Positions 1 through 9,200 of a DNA stretch of 32,000 bases are shown one piece after another; the stretch's first letter is position 1; each line of letters begins with the position of its first letter. Source of the DNA: Mycolicibacterium smegmatis (GTDB taxonomy: Bacteria > Actinomycetota > Actinomycetes > Mycobacteriales > Mycobacteriaceae); NCBI RefSeq assembly GCF_001457595.1, contig NZ_LN831039.1, forward strand, positions 1,500,001 through 1,532,000. Reading direction: 5' to 3'. The translations under genes were made by a program, and so were the position numbers. The notes under the pieces were generated by a model. The model was given only the letters and a program-made list of their open reading frames with translations, searched no databases and was not told the DNA's origin.

Positions 1-2470
1 CCGCACCCGTCGGCAGGTGCGCCATGGGAGAGGGCACGTCGGCACCCTCGGCCGGGGCGACCACGGGAATGTTGTCGAACTCGTCGTCGCGTTCGGTGAC
101 CTCGGGTTCGCTCGACACCCCGACACCCGCGGCCTCGGCCGCACGCAACAGCCCCGAATAGGACGTGCGCTTCCACGCCATGTCGATCGCCCGCAAAAAC
201 TTGCGGGCCGCCAGATCATCGGGCGCGGGTTCCGGTGGCATCGGGTTGACCGCACCGATCACCGATTCCTCGATAACCGGCCCACCGGCTGCCTCCCACG
301 CCCGCAATCGTTCCAGCGCATCCTCATCCGAGATCTTGGGTGGCGAACACTTCTCGGGGACGGTCGCCTCCCCGGGCGCGCGGCCGCGCAAAAGCCGCGA
401 CAGGCCGCCGTTGGGTTCGCCGTACGACGGCGCCCACCACGCGACCACCTGCGATTGGGCGCGGGTGAGCGCGACGTAGGTGAGCCGGCTGTCGTCGCCT
501 GCGGCCTCGGTGCGCCCGGCACGGGCGACCGCCGGATCGGGCCCGCCGACATGCAGGCAACGCTGCCCGTCGTCGTGGAACAGCACGATATCCGGTTCGG
601 GCACATGGCGATTGAACGCGAACGGCAGGTAGACGATGGGGAACTGCAGCCCCTTGCTCACCCACACGGTCATGATCTGCACGGCCGCCGCATCGCTGTC
701 GAGACGACGGTTGCGTTCCGATTCGCCGCCCTTCTCCGAGCGCTGCGTGCGCAGCCAGTCGCGCAGCGCGGCCAGCCCGAAGCCGTCGCGGTGCGCGGTG
801 TCCTGCAGCAACTGGGTCATGTGGGCGAGGTCGGTCATCAACCGCTCACCGCCCTGCCACGACAGCACACGCTTGCCCATACCGGCGAGTTGCGCGGCCT
901 CGAAGATCGCGGCGACACCGCGCTCGCGGGCGTGCCCGGCCCATTCACGCAGCGTGTCGGCCACCCGGTCGGTGAGCGCATCACCGCCTGCGGCAAGGGT
1001 TTCCGCGGTCTCACCGAAGAACATGGTGGCGGCCGCGGCGCGCACCAGACCCGGCCGGTGCGGTTGGTCGAACGCCTCGAGCAGGTACAGCCAGTCCTCG
1101 GCGGCCTCGGAGGTGAACACATCCGAATCCCCGGTGTACACCGCGGGTATGCCCGCCGCGAGCAGCGCCGAGTGACAGGCCCTGGCGTCCTTGTGGGTCT
1201 CGGTGATCACCGCGATGTCCTTCGCCTGCACCGGTTCGTCGCACCACGTCGCGCCGCTCGCCAGCAGCGCCCCGATGTCGGCGGCCAGATCGCGGCCGAT
1301 GTGGCGGCGCAGCTGATCGATCGGGATCACCCTGTTGTTGCCCGGCTTTCGCGGCACCACACGCAACCGGAACGGGTCGTTGCGCGGTGCGCCGACCAGA
1401 CGGTGCCCCTGGTGATGAGCCTGCACGTCGTGCACCACGATGTCGGGTCCGCCGAGTTCGGCACCCCGCAGCACGGCCTGCAGGCGGTCGACCAGCGCGC
1501 GGTCGCTGCGCCAGTTGGTGCCCAGCGTCTGCTTGTCACCGGCCGTCGCGGCGGCCCGCAGATACGTCGCGATGTCACCACCGCGGAACGCGTAGATCGC
1601 CTGCTTGGGGTCACCGATGAGCACCAGTGTCGACCGCCCCGAGAACGCGCGCTCGATCACCTGCCACTGCACGGGATCGGTGTCCTGGAACTCGTCGACC
1701 ATCACGATCGGCCAGCGCTGTTGCATGCGCACCCGCGCCGGGGAGTCCTCGGGTTCCAGCGCGTCGGCAAGTCGTGTCAGCAGATCGTCGTAACCCAGCA
1801 CACCACGGCGGCGCTTGCGGATCTCCAACTCGGCGAGCACATCCCGCGCGAACTTGAGCCGCACCGCGGCGGGGGAATCGGGATCCGGTTCGCGCGGGCG
1901 TAGCTCGGTGGCCGGATTGCCGACGACCATGCGCGCGAGCTCGAGCGCCTCGGGATAGCTGAGCTCGGGATCGTCCTTCTGCCCGCCGAAGTGCGCGAGA
2001 TACAGATCGTCGACGATCTCGGACACCAGGTCGTCGAGGCTTTCCACGAGGGTCACCCCGGCGTCGGAGTCCCCAGCCACGCCAAGGGATTTCAGCACGA
2101 TCTGGCAGAACTGGTGCGTGGTCGCGATGGTGGCGGCGTCGAACCCGGCCAGCGCGTCACGCAGACGCAGGCGCCGTGCCTGTCGATCGGTTGCGACGAG
2201 GTATTCCTCCAGGTCGTTGCAGGCGCGCGACGGGGCGTCCAACGCGACGAGCGCGGCGACGATCTGGGCGCGTACGCGCTCGCGCAGTTCCTGGCTGGCG
2301 GCGCGGCCGAACGTGATGAGCAGCATCTGGTCGAGCGTCGCGACGCCCTCGGCGACGAAACGCGTGACCAGACCGGCGAGCGCGAACGTCTTGCCGGTGC
2401 CCGCGCTGGCCTCCAGCACCGTGGTGGTGTTCGGTGCGGGCAGCGGGCCGAGCAGATCGAAAACCTTCAT
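1..2470 (-). CDS. recB: RecB, exodeoxyribonuclease V beta chain (UvrD-type helicase-nuclease). N-terminal ~823 codons only; the C-terminus lies left of the window
   Basis: Hand translation from ATG 2470..2468 gives MKVFDLLGPLPAPNTTTVLEASAGTGKTFALAGLV (Walker A GTGKT). VMVDEFQDTD (DExx box) is in frame near 1699. The frame stays open to base 1. The start overlaps the recC stop (ATGA). Confidence 0.9.
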   Translation of the reverse strand, partial: MKVFDLLGPLPAPNTTTVLEASAGTGKTFALAGLVTRFVAEGVATLDQMLLITFGRAASQELRERVRAQIVAALVALDAPSRACNDLEEYLVATDRQARRLRLRDALAGFDAATIATTHQFCQIVLKSLGVAGDSDAGVTLVESLDDLVSEIVDDLYLAHFGGQKDDPELSYPEALELARMVVGNPATELRPREPDPDSPAAVRLKFARDVLAELEIRKRRRGVLGYDDLLTRLADALEPEDSPARVRMQQRWPIVMVDEFQDTDPVQWQVIERAFSGRSTLVLIGDPKQAIYAFRGGDIATYLRAAATAGDKQTLGTNWRSDRALVDRLQAVLRGAELGGPDIVVHDVQAHHQGHRLVGAPRNDPFRLRVVPRKPGNNRVIPIDQLRRHIGRDLAADIGALLASGATWCDEPVQAKDIAVITETHKDARACHSALLAAGIPAVYTGDSDVFTSEAAEDWLYLLEAFDQPHRPGLVRAAAATMFFGETAETLAAGGDALTDRVADTLREWAGHARERGVAAIFEAAQLAGMGKRVLSWQGGERLMTDLAHMTQLLQDTAHRDGFGLAALRDWLRTQRSEKGGESERNRRLDSDAAAVQIMTVWVSKGLQFPIVYLPFAFNRHVPEPDIVLFHDDGQRCLHVGGPDPAVARAGRTEAAGDDSRLTYVALTRAQSQVVAWWAPSYGEPNGGLSRLLRGRAPGEATVPEKCSPPKISDEDALERLRAWEAAGGPVIEESVIGAVNPMPPEPAPDDLAARKFLRAIDMAWKRTSYSGLLRAAEAAGVGVSSEPEVTERDDEFDNIPVVAPAEGADVPSPMAHLPTGA

Positions 2471-5400
2471 CGGACCGGCCTTTCGGCGCGCAGCAGCGGC
2501 AGCCACAACCGTGACGAATATGCCCCGAGCCGGTGGGTTTCGCCTTCGAACTCCTCACCGGGGCGCAGCGGTTGCATGAGGTCGCGCAGCCACGCGTCGC
2601 GACCCCATGCCCGCACGTGGGCGGGTTCGGCGTCCTCGCCCGGGTATCGGCCGCTGCGCCAGCGGAAGCCGGCCTTCTGCTCCGGGTCGTCGCCGGAGTG
2701 CCGTGCCTCGGCCCACGCATACGACGTCTTGACCGGAAGCGGCAGCGGTTCGCGCCGCCCCGCGTCGTAGATCGCCACCAGATCCGCCAGCAGTTCGACC
2801 GGGTTGTCGGGCCCGCCGAGCCCCTCGACGCGCGGCGTGGTGCCCCGCGCGGGCCGCCCGATGCACACCGCGAGCCAGTCGCGGTCGGGATACCCGGCGG
2901 CCAACGCCAGCAACGGAATCCACGACTGCAGCAGATGCTTGCCGCCGAGTTTGGAGTACGTCACCGACACCAGTCGGTCACCGAACACCGGTGACACCGT
3001 GCCGGTGAGGCGCCGGCCACTGCCCAGGTCGATGTCGACGTCATAGGCCTCACCGTCGGTGTCGCGGAACCCGAGCGCTTCGGTGGCCAGCAGTGCGCAC
3101 TGGTCGCGCAGTGCGATCGCGCGGCGCCACCCCAACTGTCCGGGCGGCAGCGTGCCGCGGCGCCACTCGGCCTGCTGCGCGGCGGCCGGGGTCATGCCGC
3201 GCAGGATGTCCGAGAGCATGCGGTCGCCGACCGTCCACTCCTCGAGCGCGTCGATGTCGACGGGCATCACGTCGGACACGCCCTCGACGTCCCACGGCAG
3301 CGTGTAGTCGAGCGCGCGGAAGAATCCCTTGACAGGGTCCTTGAAAAAGTTCAGCAAGTCTTCGAGTGCGACGTCGTCGGGCAGCGGCGGCGGCAGCGGA
3401 TCGCTGAAGAACGCCGGCCGCGTGGCGCGTTCACCGCTGCTGGCCCGTGCCGCGACGAGCGCGGTCTGGTCGAACGTGAACGGTTCGCCGGGCACCAGCG
3501 CGCCGGGGATCACGTTGCGTTTGTCGAAGGGCTGCAACGGATGCTGTGTGAGGACGTCGAGTGCGGAATCTTCGGTGGTGATCTTGAGCGTGTCGATCAG
3601 TTCGGCCAGCGGGACCGCGGGCGGGCGGGGCTGCCCCGAGTTCTCGTTGGCGCCGGTGTAGGTGATGACGAGTGTCTGCGTGGCCGCGAGGATCGCGTCG
3701 AGCAGCAGTTGCCGGTCCTCCGAACGGATGTCACGCTCACCGGTCATCGGGTCGCGCGCGAGGGCGTCGTCGCCGTCGACCGCGCCCAGGCGCGGGAACA
3801 CGCCGTCGTCGAGACCCACGAGGCACACCACGCGGTGCGGCACCGAACGCATCGGCACCATGGTGCACACCGTGAGGGTGCCGGTGCGGAAGTTGGCCCG
3901 CGTGGGGCGCCCGGCCAGATGGCGGTCCAGCAGTGCGCGAACATCCGCCAGCCGCAACGAGGTTGCGGTGTCGCCGGCACGTGCGGTGATCTCGGCGAAC
4001 TCGCGTTGCATCTGGGCTGCGGGCCAGTCCTCGTCGGCCAGTGCCAGCGCGTCGATGCCCGCGGTGAGCGCGTCGAGCCACTCGTGCAGCGGGCGGGTGC
4101 CGCTGAGCTGATCGACCGTGCGACGGAGCTTCTCGACGAAATCGGCGAACCGGCCCGCCAGCTCCACGCGGTTGCTGCTGACGTCGTCGAGCGGCAGCGT
4201 GGTCCCCAGCCAGGCGTGCGAGTCGTCGGACATGGCGACCCCGGCCAGCACGCGGTCGATGCCGAAACGCCAGGTGTTGTGCAGGAATTCGACGCCGTAC
4301 GGGCGGCGGTGCTCCTGGTCGAAACCCCAGCGGATGTTGGCCTCGCGCGTCCACGCCGTGATCGCGTCGAGGTCGTCGTCGGTGAATCCGAACCGGGCCC
4401 GCACCGGCGCGGATTCGGCCAGGTTGAGCACCTCGCTCGCGGTCGCGCGGCCGCCGGCCAGCGCCAGCAGTTGCGCGGCCACCGCCAGCAGGGGATTGGT
4501 CTGCACCAGCGCGCGGTCGGCCAGCCGCACCCGCAGCTTGTGCGCGGGATGCGCGCTGAGATTTATATGTGCTCCTCGCGTGCGCGGCACGACGTCGCCG
4601 AGCCCGAACCCGGCCGTGATCAACGGCGCGTAGGTCTCGATGTCGGGACACATGACGAGGATGTCGCGGGGTTCCAGCGTGGGATCGTCGGCGAGCAGGC
4701 CGAGCAGCACCTCGCGCAGCACATCGATCTGCCGTGACGGGCCGTGGCAGCTGTGCACCTGGATCGAGCGGTCCTCGCGACGGTGGTGACGGCCCTGCGG
4801 GCGTACCGCGTCGGCCGCGATGTCGGACTGCAGCCAGCCCAGCAGCGTGTCGGGATACTCGGACCTGCCGCGGAATTCGTCGGTGTCGGGCTCGGGCAGC
4901 AGACGTTGCATCTCGCGCAGGTCGCGGCCCAGGGTGGCCAGCAGTGGATGCCCGACGTCACGGTGGCTGGTGTCCTCACGTCGGGGCAGCGGACCCTTGC
5001 GCGTGGACAGTGCCTGCCAGAGAGTGTCGCTGGGGTGGGGCAGCCACAGGTGCAGATCGTGATGCGTGGCCAGCGCGGTCAGCAATTCGACCTCGGTGGC
5101 AGGCAGGCGTGTATGCCCGAACAGCGACAGGCGCTGCGGCAGATCCGTGGGCGACTCATGTAGCTGGACAAGGGTTTTGGCGTGGCGGATGTGGGGCGGG
5201 TCGGCGTCGATGCGCTCACACAGGGCCTGCCACAGCGGCTTCTGCCAGGCCAGGTCGTCGGGTAGGCCGTCCCAGTCGACCAGCAGCCGCGGGCGCTGCC
5301 GGGCATACGACGCGAACAGCCCCGCGAGCCGTCGCGCGACCGCGTAGCGGCGGCCCTGGCGCAGCTCGTACTCCTCGCCCATCTCGAAATGGCCGAGGTG

Positions 5401-5724
5401 CGTCGCGAGCGTCGTGCACCACGGCTCGTCCAGGCTCTCGTCGATCACCCCGAGCAGCGGCCACACCATCGCGTCGGGCGACCACGGATCGTCGTCGGCG
5501 GTTCCGGTGAGCTCGGCGATGAGCGAGCGCGGGTTGCGGAACTCGACCGCCGCGCACACCCCGAGACGGTTGGACAACCGCTGGCTCAGCCAGCGTTCGA
5601 CGCCCTTGGCAGGGACCAGCACCAGTTCGGTCGCGAACGGATCGGGCAGGGGATCCGACAGCAGCGCCGCGAGTCCGTCAGCGAGCAGATCGGTGCGTTC
5701 GGCCCGATGCAGGTGCAGTGCCAT
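2467..5724 (-). CDS. recC: RecC, exodeoxyribonuclease V gamma chain (about 1085 aa)
   Basis: C-terminal 1085 codons of the 1473-aa ORF 2467..6888. Start taken at ATG 5724 (MALHLHRAERTDLLADGL...), a typical mycobacterial RecC N-terminus. The ORF part upstream of this runs in another frame over the MFS gene. Confidence 0.9.
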   Translation of the reverse strand: MALHLHRAERTDLLADGLAALLSDPLPDPFATELVLVPAKGVERWLSQRLSNRLGVCAAVEFRNPRSLIAELTGTADDDPWSPDAMVWPLLGVIDESLDEPWCTTLATHLGHFEMGEEYELRQGRRYAVARRLAGLFASYARQRPRLLVDWDGLPDDLAWQKPLWQALCERIDADPPHIRHAKTLVQLHESPTDLPQRLSLFGHTRLPATEVELLTALATHHDLHLWLPHPSDTLWQALSTRKGPLPRREDTSHRDVGHPLLATLGRDLREMQRLLPEPDTDEFRGRSEYPDTLLGWLQSDIAADAVRPQGRHHRREDRSIQVHSCHGPSRQIDVLREVLLGLLADDPTLEPRDILVMCPDIETYAPLITAGFGLGDVVPRTRGAHINLSAHPAHKLRVRLADRALVQTNPLLAVAAQLLALAGGRATASEVLNLAESAPVRARFGFTDDDLDAITAWTREANIRWGFDQEHRRPYGVEFLHNTWRFGIDRVLAGVAMSDDSHAWLGTTLPLDDVSSNRVELAGRFADFVEKLRRTVDQLSGTRPLHEWLDALTAGIDALALADEDWPAAQMQREFAEITARAGDTATSLRLADVRALLDRHLAGRPTRANFRTGTLTVCTMVPMRSVPHRVVCLVGLDDGVFPRLGAVDGDDALARDPMTGERDIRSEDRQLLLDAILAATQTLVITYTGANENSGQPRPPAVPLAELIDTLKITTEDSALDVLTQHPLQPFDKRNVIPGALVPGEPFTFDQTALVAARASSGERATRPAFFSDPLPPPLPDDVALEDLLNFFKDPVKGFFRALDYTLPWDVEGVSDVMPVDIDALEEWTVGDRMLSDILRGMTPAAAQQAEWRRGTLPPGQLGWRRAIALRDQCALLATEALGFRDTDGEAYDVDIDLGSGRRLTGTVSPVFGDRLVSVTYSKLGGKHLLQSWIPLLALAAGYPDRDWLAVCIGRPARGTTPRVEGLGGPDNPVELLADLVAIYDAGRREPLPLPVKTSYAWAEARHSGDDPEQKAGFRWRSGRYPGEDAEPAHVRAWGRDAWLRDLMQPLRPGEEFEGETHRLGAYSSRLWLPLLRAERPVR

Positions 5725-5747
5725 CGACACACACGATAGAGATGGGG

Positions 5748-6992
5748 TCAGACACTCGCGGGGATTGGTGCGGACATCGTCGAGGGGCGGGCCGCGAGCG
5801 CGAGCGCAAACGTCGCCGCCGCGGCGATCAGGAACGCCACCCGCACGTTGAACACGTCGGCCGCACCGCCCAGCAGGGCCGCAGCGAACGGGCGGGATCC
5901 GAGGAACCCGACCAGCCACAGCGCCATGATGCGCCCGCGCAGTTCTTCCGGCGCGCGCTCCTGCACGACGGTGCTCAGGCCGGTCATCGACCAGCCGAAG
6001 CCCAAGCCTGCGATCGCGAAACCGATCAGCGCGACCGGCGCCTCCGTGGCCGCCGCCAGCAGCGCGGAACCCGCGGTGAGCAGGAACAGGCCGACCGACG
6101 AGACGCGCTCGGACGCGATGCGTCCGCGCAGCACGGCCAGCACGATCATGCCGACCGCGGCACCCACACCGAACGACGCCGACAGCGCGCCCACCAACTG
6201 GGTGCCGCCGCCGAGATCCTCGGCCATCGACGGGGTCAGCGTGATCGACGGGTCCGAGGCGAATCCGACCGTCGACACCGCGAGCAGCGCCAGCAGCAGT
6301 GGGCGGTCGCGCCACACGTGGCGCAACGCCGCGCGCACGCGGTAGTCGCCGTCGGGGTCGAGCTTCGGCCGCGTCGGGAACGTCACCAGCACCAGGAAGA
6401 CCGCGAAGATGACGTGCAGGCCCGCGCTGATGGCGAAGCCCGCGGCCGCGCCGAGATGGGCGGCCAGGTAGGCGCCGATGGGCGGGCCGAGGATACGGCC
6501 GATGGTCATCGGAATGCTGTTGAGCGCCATGGCGGTTGCCAGCTCGCCCTCGCGGATCAGGTTCGGCACCACCGACTGCATGGCCGGGCCGCCGATGACG
6601 AACCCGAAGCCGACGAGCGTCGCGCCCACCAGCACCGGCACCGCGACCGCGTTGCCGGTCAGATCGGGTGCGAGCGCCATCCATGCCGCGGTCGAACCCG
6701 AGCCCGCGATACACATCAGCCGGCCCAGCAGGATCTGCCGGGCCGGGTTGCCCACGTCGGCCCACTTGCCGCTGGTGGGGCTCAGGATCAGCTGGGGGAG
6801 GAATTGCGCGACGCCGACCATGCCGACCATGACGGCCGACCGTGTGGCGTCGTACATGACGATGGCCGCGACGATGCCGTGCGTCCACACCGCGACGACC
6901 GAGAAGATCTTGCCCCAGAACAACGCCCCGAACACCGGGTCGAACATGAGGCGCAGCGCGTTGCGGGGACGTGCGGGGGCGTCTGCCGTCAT
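5748..6992 (-). CDS. MFS transporter (about 12 TM helices, efflux type)
   Basis: ORF 5748..6998 is highly hydrophobic and rich in G/A/L/V, with many predicted helices. ATG 6992 overlaps the marR stop (ATGA). GTG 6998 is an alternative start. Confidence 0.85.
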   Translation of the reverse strand: MTADAPARPRNALRLMFDPVFGALFWGKIFSVVAVWTHGIVAAIVMYDATRSAVMVGMVGVAQFLPQLILSPTSGKWADVGNPARQILLGRLMCIAGSGSTAAWMALAPDLTGNAVAVPVLVGATLVGFGFVIGGPAMQSVVPNLIREGELATAMALNSIPMTIGRILGPPIGAYLAAHLGAAAGFAISAGLHVIFAVFLVLVTFPTRPKLDPDGDYRVRAALRHVWRDRPLLLALLAVSTVGFASDPSITLTPSMAEDLGGGTQLVGALSASFGVGAAVGMIVLAVLRGRIASERVSSVGLFLLTAGSALLAAATEAPVALIGFAIAGLGFGWSMTGLSTVVQERAPEELRGRIMALWLVGFLGSRPFAAALLGGAADVFNVRVAFLIAAAATFALALAARPSTMSAPIPASV

Positions 6993-7465
6993 GAACACAC
7001 CCCGCGCTCGAAGTCGGTGACCAACCGCTCGAGGAGGCCGACGAGTGTGTCGACGTCTTCGGCCGGCCAGTCGGCCACCGTCTCGGCGACCATCTGCCTG
7101 CGTCGTCCGGTGACCTCCGACAGGGCCTTGCGGCCGACGTCGGTGAGGACCAATACGCAGCGGCGCTGGTCGTCAGGGGACAGGGTCTTGGTCAGCAGTC
7201 CCGCGGCGACGACGTTGGCCACCGAGCGGCTGGCGGTCGAGTGCTCGACGGCCATGTACTCGGCGACCTCACCGATCGAGGCGCCCTGCCCGGTCTTCTC
7301 TTTCTGCTCCACGGCGCGCAGCACGCGCAGCGTCGAGAGGCTGGGAACGCTTCCGGTGTCGTCGATCAGGCGGCGTCGCCAACCCGGTCGCTGCCGGACC
7401 GTGTGGACGCGTACGAGGAGCTCGTCGAGTTCGTTGTAGCGCGGCACTAAACATGCATAGCACAT
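6989..7465 (-). CDS. MarR-family transcriptional regulator
   Basis: The 158-aa ORF has a winged-HTH core (LSTLRVLRAVEQ...ASIGEVAEYMAVEHSTASRSVANVVAAGLLTK...DQRRCVLVLTDVGRK). GTG 7447 is an alternative start, because the first codons after ATG 7465 include rare TTA and TAT. Confidence 0.85.
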   Translation of the reverse strand: MCYACLVPRYNELDELLVRVHTVRQRPGWRRRLIDDTGSVPSLSTLRVLRAVEQKEKTGQGASIGEVAEYMAVEHSTASRSVANVVAAGLLTKTLSPDDQRRCVLVLTDVGRKALSEVTGRRRQMVAETVADWPAEDVDTLVGLLERLVTDFERGVCS

Positions 7466-7559
7466 ACATATATCTGCGAGCCAACCGCTGCCGAGCGTGC
7501 AATCTCATCCGCCTGGGGCGGCGAGTTGCGTATGAAACCGCACGGTCGGCGAAAAAGAA

Positions 7560-8267
7560 CTAGGAGCCGAACTCGGCCGCCAAACCGTCGATGCCCGCGC
7601 GGATGGCGGTGACGGCGTCGGCGCGGGCCTTGAGCTTACTCGCCACATGCGCGTTGGTGTGCAGGGCCGCGGCCTCGGTGGCCACCTGCTGCGCGCGGTC
7701 GAGGACCTCGTCGGGTTCGACGATCTCGTCGAGCCAGCCTGCCGAGATGGCGGCGTCACCGGAGAACACGGCCGCCATGCTGATGGCCCGCTGGAATGCC
7801 GCGCGAGTCAACCGCATCCGCATGATCTCGATCGCGGCGATGGGCAGCGTCATACCGATGGCCACCTCGTTGGCCTGGCAGCGCGACCGGGGCGACCCGA
7901 CGCGGTGATCGCCGGAGAGCAGCAGGAAAGACCCCATCGCGATCGCGGGCCCGGTGGCGGCCATGATCACCGGCACCGGGAAGGTCAGGCAGCGCACGGC
8001 GAGTTCGAACCCGCCGGTGAGCATCCCCAGCGCGGCGGCAGCATCGCCCGAGGCGAACACGCTGAGGTCGAAGCCCCCGCTGAACACCTTCGAGTTCCCG
8101 GCCACCACAAGGGCTTTCACCTCACCGCTGCCCGCGGCGAGCGACGCCTGGTCGAGCGCGTCGTTGATCGCGGCCTGCATATCCGGCGACAGCGCGTTGG
8201 CTTTGCCGTCGTCCAGCGTCACCGTGGCGACGTTCCCGTTCAGTGCGTAGCTCACCAGGCTGCTCAT
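7560..8267 (-). CDS. echA3: Enoyl-CoA hydratase/isomerase (crotonase) family protein, EchA3-like
   Basis: 235-aa ORF with crotonase-fold signatures (VATVTLDDGKANAL, VVAGNSKVFSGGFDL, GPAIAMGSFLLLSGDHRV). Its position next to recC and Rv0633c-like matches Rv0632c. Confidence 0.85.
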   Translation of the reverse strand: MSSLVSYALNGNVATVTLDDGKANALSPDMQAAINDALDQASLAAGSGEVKALVVAGNSKVFSGGFDLSVFASGDAAAALGMLTGGFELAVRCLTFPVPVIMAATGPAIAMGSFLLLSGDHRVGSPRSRCQANEVAIGMTLPIAAIEIMRMRLTRAAFQRAISMAAVFSGDAAISAGWLDEIVEPDEVLDRAQQVATEAAALHTNAHVASKLKARADAVTAIRAGIDGLAAEFGS

Positions 8268-8284
8268 TGGACAGATGCTACGAG

Positions 8285-9145
8285 TCAGTCGGCTCGGTGG
8301 CGGCGGCCGGTACGCACCGGTGGGTTGATCAGGTCGGTCTCGGGATCGTCGTCGTCGAAATCGTCGTCGTCCTCGTCATCGTCGGTGACCTCGTACCGAC
8401 TGCGCCACCGCTCACGGACCTCGTTGCCCAGCGCCTTGACCCGGTTGATCTCGGTGCGCAGGGTCTGCTCGTCGGTTTCCTTTGCCGCGTACTGGTAGTA
8501 GGCGAGCACGGCCCGCAACAGCTCGAGCTTCTGCTTCTCCTGACGGGCGCGGTCGTGCGTGGTGAGCAGTTCCATACGGTCGACCGGGGGCAGGGTCGCC
8601 CAGTCCAGCACCGCGGTGTTGCGGAACTTCCTGCCGCTGGGTTTGCCGTTCTCGGGCGGCTCGTCGTAATACGTGATGGCCCCGTCGAACCGCGACGCGA
8701 TGGCCTCGCCGAGCTGCTTGCGGTCCAGCGCCGAGTCCCACACGATGCGCCACTCCTGGTTCGGCGCGAGGTACGGGATCTCGGCGGGCAGGTTCAGCGG
8801 CGTGATGTCGACGAAATTGTCGTCGTAGGAGCTCTCGTACTTGCCCACGGTCGGCGGGTTGGCGAACTCGAACCGCAGCCCGTACGCGGGCCGCTGCCCG
8901 TAGTTGCGGACGACGAGTTCGACCAGATGCCAGTCAGAACTGCTGGGCTCCATGAACATCGAGACGTTCGGCTGGGTGAGCTCGGCCCGCCGCTCCTTGG
9001 CCTTCAGATATTGACGCCACGCATAGACGAGAGCGATGACGGTGACGGCGAGCGCCACCCACGCTGCGAGCGCAGTCCACGTGCCCGGGTCGAACTCAGC
9101 CAACTCGCGCCCCCGATCCGCGATTGAGTCGAATATCCCCACCAA
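8285..9145 (-). CDS. Conserved membrane-anchored hypothetical protein (Rv0633c-like) with a poly-acidic C-terminal tail
   Basis: 286-aa ORF with one N-terminal TM helix (WTALAAWVALAVTVIALVYAW) and a C-terminal DDDEDDDDFDDDD run. The track start 9145 is TTG. GTG 9142 is more likely and has TATAAG at -12..-7, so the mRNA may be leaderless. Confidence 0.7.
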   Translation of the reverse strand: MVGIFDSIADRGRELAEFDPGTWTALAAWVALAVTVIALVYAWRQYLKAKERRAELTQPNVSMFMEPSSSDWHLVELVVRNYGQRPAYGLRFEFANPPTVGKYESSYDDNFVDITPLNLPAEIPYLAPNQEWRIVWDSALDRKQLGEAIASRFDGAITYYDEPPENGKPSGRKFRNTAVLDWATLPPVDRMELLTTHDRARQEKQKLELLRAVLAYYQYAAKETDEQTLRTEINRVKALGNEVRERWRSRYEVTDDDEDDDDFDDDDPETDLINPPVRTGRRHRAD

Positions 9146-9200
9146 GGGCTTATATCACGGATGTCGCGGGCAGGCACCGGTCCCGCTCAGCAAACTTTGC

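Noticed and set aside
17-1903. 628-aa plus-strand ORF, the second longest in the track
   Set aside because: It is antisense to the recB frame, which carries clear Walker A and DExx motifs. Its product is an Arg/Gly/His/Pro-rich string with no recognisable domain. This is a typical stop-free shadow frame in GC-rich DNA.
5725-6888. N-terminal 388 codons of the 1473-aa minus-strand ORF 2467..6888
   Set aside because: This part runs in an alternative frame across the MFS transporter gene and is Arg/Gly/Ala-rich nonsense. The RecC-like sequence begins at ATG 5724.
5718-7439. 573-aa plus-strand ORF
   Set aside because: It is antisense to the MFS and MarR genes. The extreme Arg/Asp/His/Gln composition is not protein-like.
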